A stretch of DNA of 49,383 nt, counting the filler, from Sphacelaria rigidula (Eukaryota): assembly GCA_964200075.2 (NCBI GenBank). It is 3 parts of 3 records of this genome, joined end to end, with 100 filler letters (N's around TTAATTAATTAA, not from the genome) between each part and the next. Parts side by side here need not be neighbours in the genome. Positions count along the whole stretch, not along the records: positions 1 to 16,396 come from CAXNAA020001375.1; 2 more parts are not named here. One strand, written 5' to 3'. Under the pieces are notes generated by a model, which worked only from the letters and a program-made list of their open reading frames with translations, was not told where the DNA came from and did not search any database. The translations under genes and the position numbers were made by a program. Every line of letters starts with the position of its first letter. Within the stretch, counting starts at the first letter, position 1. This document shows, one piece after another, positions 1-12,272 of the stretch.

Positions 1-507
1 CATTTCGATTTACGTGAAGATACAGCCTCACAAAACCATGCACTTTTGGGGGGGGGGCTATCGTAGAAAGTGTCGGACGGGTCTCATCCACTGGAGCACT
101 GGAGGGTCAACGTCGACGTTGCCGTTCGTCCGTGTTTGAGCTCTCAAAAGGACACACACCCTCATAAATGCACGGAAGGAACAGCGGAGCTGTTGCCCAA
201 TCACAAGCCAACATTATACATGTATACTCGTAGACGCCAACTCCCCTCGAAAGGGTGAAACAGACTTCAGGCACAGGACACTCGGACATTTCCTCCAGGC
301 CTGAAGCGGCTCCCCGGTGAGATGTTACGAGTGATGGAAGCTACGAACCGCCAGCAATAACCCGAAGCAAATCATGTCTCAACTTACCAACACTGACAAA
401 ATCAAAGCGTCAAACACAACTTCGCAGCCATGAAAGGCAAAATGACAACTTGGATGAAAGTCGATGAGCCACGGGCTTCTGAGATCACGTCTTCACCCCA
501 TGCTCGG

Positions 508-760
508 TTATTTTGTATTATTATTGCCGCACATTAGTCCGATCTCTCGAACCCGTGGTCACAGACGCAGGCTCATTTTTTCAATGCCGTCCCTGCTGTT
601 TTTTACAAGACATAGAGCCCTCGTAATATTTTTGTGAGAGTCCAAACTAATTACAAAGACAAACACAGTCAACTCAAAAATTACCGAACTGATTATAACA
701 AGACAGACGCCGAAAAAACAAGCGAGACGTGGCTTCCCCGACTCCAACGGAGTGAAAAGG
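508..760 (-). mobile_element. Retroposon 3' end with (AAT)n tail (family F)
   Basis: Minus strand reads T-rich UTR..CTGTGACCACGG..AATGTGCGGC-AATAATAAT. Confidence 0.5.
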
Positions 761-820
761 AAAAAAAAAAACCTTCAGATCTGCTAAAAAAAAAACCTTC
801 AGATCTGCTAAAAAAAAAAA
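761..820. repeat. Tandem duplication of (A)n-CCTTCAGATCTGCT
   Basis: Two copies with a 24-bp period, followed by a third A run. Confidence 0.85.
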
Positions 821-1282
821 TAGATACGATGGCCAGATGTAAGGCAAGTACCGAGGGAGAAATGGGTCCATAACTCTCGAGGTTGGAGGTTGGAGGCTCG
901 GCCCCGACCACGCGGAGCCTAGCTCTTGTTCCTATCTACAAGCGTCTGCCTTGTGACTACTGCAACATGGATTGTACATCTCTTTACATAGAACCTTCCA
1001 TGTTCTTTCACACGAAACACAGAGAAATATTTCAGCAGTTCAGGGCACAACCGATTGACCTTTGTACAGTGTTCAGTATTCACACCCACGCCACCTTCTC
1101 GCACGAACTGGCTGTACCGTGAGATTTTCATCGACCCCTCTCCTACGACATTTTTATTTAGAATCTTGATCATGCGTCCTTTCACTACTCTTATCCGGCG
1201 ATGGAATTTAAAGCATGATCAAGCACGACGAAAGCACTGAAACGAAGGTGAGCAGTGCCTACAATCATAGCAATCATAGTCA

Positions 1283-1574
1283 TTACCCGGGAACGATGAA
1301 GTCATCAGAATTGTCGCTCTCAGGGTCGCCGTACCGAGTTTTCCTCCCCCACCACTTGCTGCCCCCGCCCGCCCCTGCTCCTGCGCTACTGGCATTCGCA
1401 CGGTGCTCTTCTCCGCTACTGTCAGCGTTATCCTCCTTGCTGCTGGTTGCTCGACCATCGCTGTCACTTTGAGATTGATCATCTTGCCCAGAGGAATCGT
1501 CGGTCTCTTTCCAAAACTCTCTCTCGTGTTCGATATCTCCCTGGTCCACGGTGTCGTCGGGTACCATCAGCCAG
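1283..1574 (-). CDS. Probable last or penultimate exon (WLMVPDDTVDQGDIEHEREFWKE...DDFIVPG)
   Basis: Acidic ORF 1283..1612 of similar composition to the N-terminus; AAG acceptor in phase 2. It ends at TAA or splices at GTAATG (1286) to 1073-1142. Confidence 0.55.
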
Positions 1575-4500
1575 CTTCCCAACCAAAGAGAAGCCAAAGG
1601 GAGGATAGGCACGGTGTTCGTGGGCAGGGCATGTCACGCTCCTGCATATTATTTTACACTGGTGCTAAATGCTTCAAGATAACGAAAAATTCTTTTCACC
1701 AGAGGTAGGTGAGGACTGGATATTTGGAAACCCTGCCCCCATGAAGCTTTTTTGTATTGTTTCTTTTCAGAAACACAACAGAAACACACGGATTTGTTTA
1801 AAAGTTGAAAGCAGACTTCATTCCACACTGGGCGCCGTGTCGATGTGGTTCGTGGATAGTGGTCAATGATGATTTAATTCATGGCGCCAGAACCATGACA
1901 CACTTCTTTTTTCAAAGACACGTTAATGATAACACCACCAGTACCACTAGCATCAAGTTGTTTTTGTACTCTACACTGAGCTCAACTAGTTAATACTCGC
2001 TACAGAACATAAAGCACTCGGTACTCTTTGACCCCTCTTCCCCAAGATGCCAACTTTGTTCCTGATTTCTCTGTATTTTTAGCACATGTCCTGGATTTTA
2101 AATCCTGGCCTACCCCTGGTTCTGCCTGGGAGCACTGTGATAAAGCCTGCTACGATGGTACAAATGTACGCATACAATGATCTCGTTCCAGTCTAGCCGG
2201 TCGCCCCGGTGGCTCAGTTGATAACCTCGACGCCTCCTAACGGTTGGGCGGTGGGTTCAATTCTCGGAGCGATCTGAGATTTTTTTCTCACACCATGCCC
2301 AACAGTGGAGAGCGACTATGTCGTGGGAACACAAATCCGACTTCACGGTCGACGAGGGAAAGGGACTGCTGAATACCTCTCGCCATAAAAAAATAAACGC
2401 AAGCACGGCAGAAGGAAAATGGGCTACTAAAAAACGAACAATAATAAAAGAGCTCCTGTGTTGACCTTCCTCCCGTGTGACCCCGGCTGCGGCTGTACAT
2501 ATACCGAAAGGCGTAGACCGGCGCCCAGAATAGAAGGGGTGACAACACAACAGCACAGTCTGACATAGTTTCATGGTTGTCTAAAAGGAGTCTGTGATTC
2601 AGAGGTGCACAGCACCCCCATTTTTGGAACACGCCCCGAATCAAGGGGTTGGAGGTGCTTTGAATCCAAGAACATCAAGTGGTCAGACGTAGTCACACCT
2701 CTCAATACTAAACTTCGCTCCCGCATCAAGAATGCATAGACCATGCAAGAGTCGGAGCAAGGGTGTATCCTATTTTCAAAGCCACAGACAAGAGTTGACC
2801 ACGGGCGACAAAGATCGAACTAATGTAGTGACCAAGAGCCAGCGAGGCGGCTGAATTTCGGGGTTGCCTATCGTAACGACCACCGGGCACTCAATCCATA
2901 GGAGAGAATGCTCTGCCGTCGGGAACATCTGATCGAGATCGTTCGACAATTGGAATATTTCAGAGTTTCGGGAATGCAGAGTGATGCTCCTCGAGAAAAG
3001 CTCGAGAAAAGCGAAGCTTCACTTCAACAAGTGAACACCGTGGATGCACCGCGGGTTACGGTACTCTGTTAATCAACCCCTGACCAACACGCCTGAGCGA
3101 AGACGTTTTTGGCTATCCGTGACACCACACCAGCATCTACAGAATTGCGCCGAAGTCCGTTGCATATCACCCCTCTGAATACCATCTCCGGACGATGCAT
3201 TTCGGGGCCCTGAAAATCACCACCCGTGTGTCGTGCACAGTACACCGTACCGCACGGCACTCCGTTTCCAACGGCCATGTAGCACGACCGTCGTCCTCAG
3301 CCTAGGACGAGGATGTGCGGACGAGAAGCCAGCATGCTCGCCACTCAAGTTGAAGCTTACATATGACCCGACCGCACAGAGTGATCTCATCATTGGACAC
3401 GGACAGCAGTATATTTGATTTGTCCCAGAAATTTGTCCCGGACAGAGCACTCTGTTCTGTGTGAACTAAAACGAGAACATTATATTCGATCGTTGGACGG
3501 ATTTATTTTGTCTTGGGTTAGAAATTGCTGTACGAGTAGTGTCATACCGGCGGTTTCGCGCTCTTCACAATTTCATTCGAGTACATTCCTTGTACACATA
3601 CATGTCTGCGATTAAATTTATTGGAAACTTCGCCCTTGCTTGTTGAGCAGATTATGTATGTAGCAGCTGCAATCGTTGAACTGTGGCGTGTGGTTTAACG
3701 TGCAAAGCATAGGGCATCTTAGTACTATGTGATGGTTTTGGCGTCGACGCCACATGACACACACCTCTGAATCATATGCACTTTGTTCCACCGCGTATTG
3801 GTCCAGTTGGTATTGAGATTCGCGGTGGCCTTGGCCAGTTTGAGAACCTGCAATACACACAACGATAACAAAACCAGCCACCACCGATACATTCAACTTC
3901 TCATCAATTGTCGCTGAATAAACATCTTTTCAACAGAAAGCGACAAGAAATCATGGGTCACAGTCGTCCCCCATGGACAGACCCGCCCATCCCGAGACAT
4001 CAAACGTGTAGCGCACTCAAGTCAGAGACTCATGTAACACTTCCTACAGCGAGCGTCTACAGCAGCATCCCTGTGCCTTCAGGTAAGCCTTACCGTGTCG
4101 ACCTGGAATGTGCGGCTCAGGGTTCCCACTAACGTATCTGTACATACCACGTTTATGCGAACCGCACGGAATCCTAATAAACCGTCACTTTACGCGAACA
4201 CCATCCGCACTTAAACTGAAAAGGAAATGAGGCAAGCTACGGCACGCGACACACGACGAGAGTATGTGAGATGCGGGCCGACAAACTACAGTCATCGGAC
4301 CGACGGCTTCGCTTTCTGAACAGTAGACACCCAAAACGCGGCATCCCACTCAAGAGACACACGCCGAAACCCCGATCCACGGCCGCTTGGAGCTAGTTTC
4401 CTCATTGCAAAGTAGGAATGCGCGAGGCTGAACATAATGCGTGTTGTGCTCTCTGACCCACCTCGTCGACAGCCTTCTTTTCCGGCCGGCAGAAAGTCTC

Positions 4501-7500
4501 GAGCGCCTCGGTCCTGACGGTCCCCGGTGTGAACTTTTCGTCATCCATCGCCCACCGGATTTTACACACGAGGTATAGCTTGTAGTGAAGCAACCTACGG
4601 CGATTGAGAAGACGCGAACACCATCTGGCCGTCCATGAAAGAACACTACCGGAAAAGCGCGCTGTACTGTATGTGTTGCTCCAGTGTGCTAGTGTGTATT
4701 GAATAAAACGTACCTAATTGAAGCGCATTGAGGGCGAACACGTTTCACCGTGAGAAACGTTTCATGCCTAGCTCTCGTGGTGTTGGATTCCAGCGATATC
4801 CCAAAAAATGGGTTTCTCAGAATACTTACTGCGCCTCTCATACCAGGAGCACACCGTTCTATCTTCCTGTCATGTAAACACCTGGCAGGGAAAGGTGTTT
4901 GCTCCAAAACCGTGGCATATTCATGAATCACTCTGAGAGATGGTGACAAGAAAAACAAAAGTGGAATGACAAAGGACGGGAAAACAGGTACAAGCTCAAC
5001 CTCAAAGTGGCGGACGATCGACTGGGTGGCGATGCTTCAGAATGCTTCCTGTGCACTTGCTGGAGCACTCACGTGTGAAACAAGTGCGACTTGTACTTAC
5101 AGCTTCCTCCCAGTTCTAGTCTTTCGTATTCGCCCTGCGGTAAATGCACGAACAATAATCGCGAACGTTACACGCGTAACGGAGAGGGTGATGACCAGGT
5201 TCATTAACGGTACATGACAATCAAGCTCGAGGTGCATCGTCCTATTTAACGCGTATCAGGCAAGTACAATGGATATTGCACACCAGGATAACAGCCGCAC
5301 TGCGGTTCAGTTACCCTCGTCAAAGCCCCGACTCGCTATTGTAGCACAGCAACCACCGTACCCCGAAAAAGCGTTAATTTCAGAATTTACCAGTGTTCGG
5401 CGAGTACGCAGAGTACAAGACCCAGCACATGACAAAAAAACAAGTCTAGGTTTTATAGCCATTCCAGTGGACGCTCCACAGATAAGAAGCTATTGCAAAG
5501 CCGCGCAGCACAGTAGCCGCGCTTCGCCAATCTAAAACATGGCACAACAGGCAACAGGCAAGAGGACAGCACCAAGCGATGAGTGAGACACGCACCCATG
5601 TGAAAACGTTGTGATTTTACCTCTTTTTGGTCTTCCATGTCGTCAGCGTATTCCCAGTCGTCCGGCAGAAGTTTGTCCCATCGCCGTCTCGTCCACATCT
5701 TCCACACCACGCGGTTGGTGCGCAAAATTTTGGCAAGGGTTGGGGAACGAGGGCTAGATTCAGCGATGTAATTAGACGGACGCCATGGCCAAGCTTCTAG
5801 CAGATACGTGATTTTCATGCACATTGGTGAGGACCCAACGTACGGCGTCTGACTGTCGGAGTGATCCATTATCCCATGCAAAGTCAGCACTGGGGCGCAG
5901 AACAACGGCGGCAACATACGGAAGATTGGGCATCGTAAGGATGCCTTCGCAACTTTGGTAGACCAAAACCTACCGAAACAGATAGTCTCCCCAACGCGTT
6001 ACCCTCCTTCGCGCGATCAAAATAGGAGCACCAAGCCAGGAAGAAGGGATACCGGCACGTAATGGTTTCACAGGTGGCACAGGCTCTATCAGGACATGCC
6101 CAACCGGCCACCAAACCGACGCAAATTTACACGTAGCACTCGCAACTGCAGCTGGCGCATGGTTTACCTACGCGCATAAACTTGCACTGGAGCTGCCACT
6201 CCGACGGTACGTCTATTTGTTTTCATCTTCAGTGGGAAAGCGATTCTAACGTGGAAATTTGTATCGGCTTGAGGCGGCAAGGGTTTTCCGACGCAGGCGT
6301 TCATGTCGGCGCATTTTTGAGTTGAGGGCCCCAAAATACGTTGGACCGTGCACCAGAACAACATGTTTTTGAGCTTTTTTGGCACCCCTCTCGGTTTCAA
6401 CCACGAAGGCACAAACAGTATTGTCATCAGAGAGAAGCCTTGGAGCAATAGCTGGCTATGCTGTGAGTCGGCACCCCACAGCGTTTACAAAATCAGAGAA
6501 TATATGTTGATTCCAAGGGTCGGACATATCAATGACTCGTCTGGAAATTACTTGGTTTTAGTGTAATTGGTTCGTACCGTACGAATCGATCCCTATGCTT
6601 TGTTTTCAGCGTTGCAACCCAAGTACACGCAGCCCAGACACGTCGAATGGCGCAAAAGTTGCGTGGATAACATTTCGACCAGCGGTCATTTTTTTTCTCT
6701 CTTTTGATCAATCAGGCCTAAGAAATCGTGGATTTGGTGATTCGAACCCGTGATGATTCGTCCAAACCGTGGTTGATTCTGCTCGCTCATCATCGGCTTT
6801 CTCTTTGCTTCCTACACAAACGTACTGTCGTAAGGCCGGTGCAGCGCTCTCAACAGGCATGTCGGGCAATGGAACCGTGGTCCATTGCACATGGGAATCA
6901 TGTGCTGAAATAAACGGACGAACTACAGCGCTGTTTCCAGTCTCGTTAGTCTCCTTCCCCGCAGTATTGTTGACCGGGCACGCGGTGTATGGATCCTGAA
7001 ATTCGCCCTGGGACTTCCTTGACCTCCGGCGAGCCTGAACGAAAACAGTACCAATCTTTCGACAAAATCTTCACTGCAGACGAAATTTTGGGGCGATGAA
7101 AACGGATATGCCTTCTTCGCTTTCCTCGCCTCAAACGATGAAAGGCTGCAGGAGTGCAACTTCCTATGGTAAAAGTAATTTCCTCCACCTCACCAAGGGT
7201 ACAACTTCTCATGACACTTCTCACTCACCCCGTCCGCATCGTATTTGCACCCCGCCAGGTACACGGTGTACACGTTGGAGCATTGCTTGCGTCGGCATGC
7301 CGCACAGCGATGCTTCTCATCGTCGCTGCTATCGGACCGGCAAAGTGCAGGTCCCAATTCACTGAAGCCGACGAAAGGGTGGCTAACGATGGCAGCCCTG
7401 GCAACCGCGATAAGAGGAGCAGAAAATACAGATACTGTATCATCATTCTCGTGTACGTACATGTACATAAAAAGACGGGCGTAGCCATGACACCAATACT

Positions 7501-10500
7501 CTCTCACGTTGATTCATGGAAGAAACACGAAACTTTGTCGGCAAACGATTTCTCGACACACGCAAAGTAGACGACGACAAACAGAGCATCTGCGCACTCC
7601 TCAATATAAAGGGGTGCAGGCAAATACACGTGCCGGGCCCTCGTTTTCAGCGCCTGTCCGTGGTGAGGCATTAGCTGCATGCGCGACACGGGGTCTCAGA
7701 ATGTATTGGATCTGATTTGGGTGAATCTCCGGAAACCAATCACGCCGCTGCTTTTGGGCCGTATCGACGTAGATGTACCTCATGTTTTAGTATCTAACGT
7801 GCACTGCACGCAGTCGTGTGCATCCAGGCCAAGGCCGGAGTACGTGTGGAGCGCGACCCAGAGTCTACACGAGAGTTCAGAACCCCGAGATGAGGTGAGA
7901 GACGTTGAGGCATATACAGTATTGGTGACAGCCAAGCGAGTGAAAGACCACGGCTTTACGCTACATTTCCCAGGTCGTTCGTGTGAACTCAGCAAATGAA
8001 CATTTGTCCCGATGGTCGTGTCTGGGTGTCGTTCCTTTGCTTGGTTTGACCGGTTCCTTGGGTTTATAGGCCGCCGAGAGTCCAGATTATCGGAGAAGTT
8101 CAACGTTTGCTAAAACTTTCGCGCCGATTTCGAGAGTCCTAAGACGAGATTTCAGGTACGTGTTAATGAAGGCAAGCCCTGAGGTCTCCAGTGTCTGCTT
8201 GCTCGGAGTTTCGGTCGGTACAACCACCTCCTTGAGGTCATCAGCCGCAGGAAGCCCAGATTTGCGGGAACAATTCCACGCTTGCTCAAAACCTCAAGCC
8301 GAGTTTGAACGTTATCAGACCAATTTTGATTAATGTACTCCTCATCCTTAGGATAAGCCGGAGGTAGCCGGTGTCGAGTCTGTCAACGTTTTTTTCTATG
8401 TCATCGTTTTCGAGGGGAATTATTGCCTGCTCAGTAAATTCTTCTGTTTGCCGTGAATCAGCCTGCAGTTTTGCATCCGTGCTGCTTAGCAGGTTGAACA
8501 GTGCGGTCCAGCCTACGACGATCGAGGTCGGCTGAAACGTAGCCCACGAGCTGGGTGCGTGCTAGATGGCCTCACCGTGAAGGGGGTAGCTCTAGCGTGT
8601 CGACAACCTGTGCTACGGGGGTGAATACTTCACACAGTGTCGATTGCCGACATGCGAGTGACGGATGCAGGATACAAGATGCGACAACTTGTGCGATGGG
8701 GATAATTTACAATTTAGAATCTTTTGACACGAGCGATCACAGCGCGAACGCCCCGTCGCACTTGCTTGGATGCATGGCATGACTCCCAAAGACGGGTGCC
8801 TCTTGATTGGGGTCGAACTACGGCGAATGTCCTGCGTAGCATGTGCGTCGTCGTTAGCTCTAGGGAACATGAGCATTGCCTCAAGCAACGCCATTGGTAG
8901 CGACTGGTGATCAGCCCTTTAGGTTCATGGCTATACAAAGATACCGCAGGACAGCGGTAGTTGAGGAGGGAAGTGGAACAGTAACCGCCATCCAATCACT
9001 TTCACGACTTGACAACACACACGATCGGGAGCCAACAACGCGAGAGACACTACACAGTGAGTCCGGTGGGGTGAATCCCGGAATTCCCAGTACTTACTTG
9101 AACGCTTGATTCCAAACGCCTCCAACGATACTGTCCCTGACGGTAGACAGATGATCCTCGAACTTCTTGATGGCCCTACGGTAGTCTCTGAAGTCGTTCC
9201 GGCGTGAGTTGGAGCAGAAGCGCTCCATAAACGCAGGGCCTTTACCTTCGCCTGTAGCCCATCAATCACGGCAACATGTACAAGTTGTCATCACGCGAAG
9301 GTCACAACTCGAGTGCCGTGCAACTTTGGCATGCCTCTGTCTGATTGTATCGATGGAGGAAGTAAGGTGCCGAAAATATAACATGAGGACACTAGCGCAC
9401 TCTCTTCATCTTTTGGCGAAGAAATCTTACGAGGTTCAGAGACTGTCAATGGGCACTTGATCGACGCCCATCAATGTACCCTCCGGGCCTCGCTGGTACG
9501 AATGGTCCAGCTAAAACTGTTCGGGCGGAGGAATGAGAATTCAAATACTGCCAGATGCATCGGACTCTTTTTCAAGAAGCATCTCGTTGCCGCCGTTAAA
9601 AACACGAGGATGTAAGTCGTGTGAGTATTGTGAGTACTGCTGTGAGTGGCACACAAAACATATTTGACGAGAGTTGACGAAGTGCGGCAGTTCTTGTCAT
9701 ACTCCAATCCATCAGACCACAATGCAAGGCTTACACCGGGGAGAGATAGAGGTGGGTTGGTCCCTGGCGACAATTAGACCATGGACTCGTCCCGAGGAAG
9801 GAGAGGGGTTCAAAGTGCGACAAAATAAATACATAATGCACCGTGGGGTTGGTCACGGAAAAGGTTTCCAACCGCCTGGCAACACTTTCAATGGTCGTAC
9901 AATTTCATGATTCGTCTGGAAATTACTTGATTTCAGTGTAATTGATTCGTACCGTACGAATCGATCCTCGGGCTCAGTTTTCAGCGCTGCGTTGCAGTCC
10001 AGGTACGCACACCCCAGGTACGCGCACCCCAGGCACGTGGAATGCCGCAAAAAATGCGTGGAGGCTTTTTTCGACCAGCGGGCAACATTTTTCTCTCTTC
10101 CGAGTAATCAGGCCTAAGAAATTGTGGATTTCGGTGATGCGAACCGATAGTCATTAGTCCGAACCTTAGAGACTTTACAGAAGGCTTGGAAGAGTAAATG
10201 AACAAAGACGGTGTCAATTGCAAACAAAACACACACGTTGGGCAGCCATCTCATAACGTACATCACACACCTTCAACAGCCTTGGCAAGGAACTCGATAT
10301 ACCACCCGAACGACTCCATGGCGTCTCCCGATTCAGCGGAGGTGCTGGACGAAGAATAGGCAGAACATGACAGCGAGAGAAGGCAAGAAGTCAAGAAATA
10401 TTAAAATAAACTTGAATAGTTCGAAAAATCCGAGCTGGGTAGCATTCGGGCAGTTGCCAGGGCTCCACTCGCCACCACAAAAGCAAATATGTACAGGGAA

Positions 10501-12239
10501 CCTGGAACCCTGTTGTAAGCAACACTACACGATTGCTCGCATCGAAATCCTCGCCGGCGAAATACATAAGCTTACTTGTCAGCTTCCAAGAAGGTGTTCG
10601 GTTGATGGTATCACTGGTGGAGCCATTAACTTACAGCCACCATCGGGGACTCCCGAGAGAGACCAAGAGACCACCGGGTGTAATCTCTTATCTAAATTTG
10701 TGGTCAGCCCAGGCTAGTTTTACCGAGGAAAACGTCTTCAAAGAGTTATTTGGTGCAATAATGTGCACCAAACCAAGCACAGTCTCAGCGACCATCCTTG
10801 GCACCCCGATCTGCACCTCGCAGCAGTGAACCTACCTGGGAGCCATGTTTTTGAAAAATGCGGCGGGGTCGCTATCCTCCTCGTCCTCTGTCCGCTGTCT
10901 GTACAAGAGTTGGGCATGGCTCATCCCCACCTCCTCCTCCTCCTCCTCTGACTGCTCCTGTTCCTCATCTCCGTCCTCAACAATGAAGTCATCAACCCCC
11001 ATACTACTCTTGCCTGCTCGTCTCCCCCGCCTCCTCTTGACATTCCTCGATGTCGAATTTTCGTTTCGTGGGGATTTGTCCCCATCGTCATCTGTGTCCT
11101 CAACGAGAAAGTCTTGCCCTTGCTCTTTCCCAGACCGTGCTACTCGCGCCCCCTTGGTCGACCTTGACGAACCCACGCTTTGCAGTTGAATTTTTTTCTC
11201 CTCACTATCGGTGTCCTCAACCATGACGTCGTGTACATTACTATTGCCAGGCTCTTCTCCCCGTCGCTTTTTGACAGCTCCTGACACACTCCCTCCCATT
11301 TGCAGCTCTTTGTTGTCAACACCCACGCCTTGAACACTGAAGCCGCTATTCTTGCTCTGTCCTGGCCCTCCTCGCCATTCCCTCTTGGTAGCCTCCGGCG
11401 ACGTGTCTTCTCCCAGTTTCCACTGGTCCTCATCGCTGGCTGAATCCGCCACAACCCTCCTCGATCTTGTTCGCCGGGACCGTTCCTGATACTGGTCCTC
11501 ATCCTCGTCCTCGCGTTCTCCGTACTGGTTCTCATGCTCTTCGGACTGGGCTCTGTGTTTCTCTTCAAGTCGTCGAGATCTTCGGGACGACTGTCTCACC
11601 AAACTCTTTCGTTGTCCGGTTCCACCACTCCCTCGCTCTATGGTGACACTACCTTCGTCTGAATCCACTACACCTGGGGATGAATCTGGTACGTCCCCTG
11701 CATTCCCCGTCTCATCTTCACCAGAGCTTGCAACGTACTCGGCATCTTCGTCATCCCGACGACGGCCTCTAGTTGTGCTGGCAGGAACATGTCGATTACC
11801 GCCGTCATCACTACTGCCACTGCTGCTGTCACCGGAATTTTGCCCCTCGTTGAGACGCGCGTAGTCCACCTTCTCATTTGACGCAGCACGCCGCCGCCTC
11901 CCGCCGACTTTCTCTGCCCCTGCTCTGGTCCTAGCAAGCCCCTTCGCCGTACTTCCTCCATGTTTTTTGTTTCGTGCAAATTTCGACGGCACCGTGTTTC
12001 GCCTACCGTTGTCTGTACGATCCATATCAGCCGGTTGCTTGCGTAAATGTCTACCCAATCGGGAGGTCTCTTGGCGGTAAGGGGTCGCTGTCGTTTGCTT
12101 CCTCTTTCCTTTGTTGTTGGCGCCAAACGCGGTGTGTTGTGGAGGGTTCCAATCATCGTCGTAATCCTCATTACCATCATCGTACTGGCCATGAGCGTCT
12201 TTCTGTTGAGACTCTTTATCGACATCGATATCGACATCG

Positions 12240-12272
<33 letters not shown>

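Noticed and set aside
2203..2275. tRNA gene (also 26304-26375)
   Set aside because: A and B boxes are present but no proper acceptor stem or cloverleaf; it continues into a repeated body with a CA tail, so it is a SINE head.
8613..8995. Extra exon of the CCDC82-like gene (EAMLMFP...)
   Set aside because: No suitable acceptor in phase, and exon 9098-9251 joins cleanly to 7229-7397.
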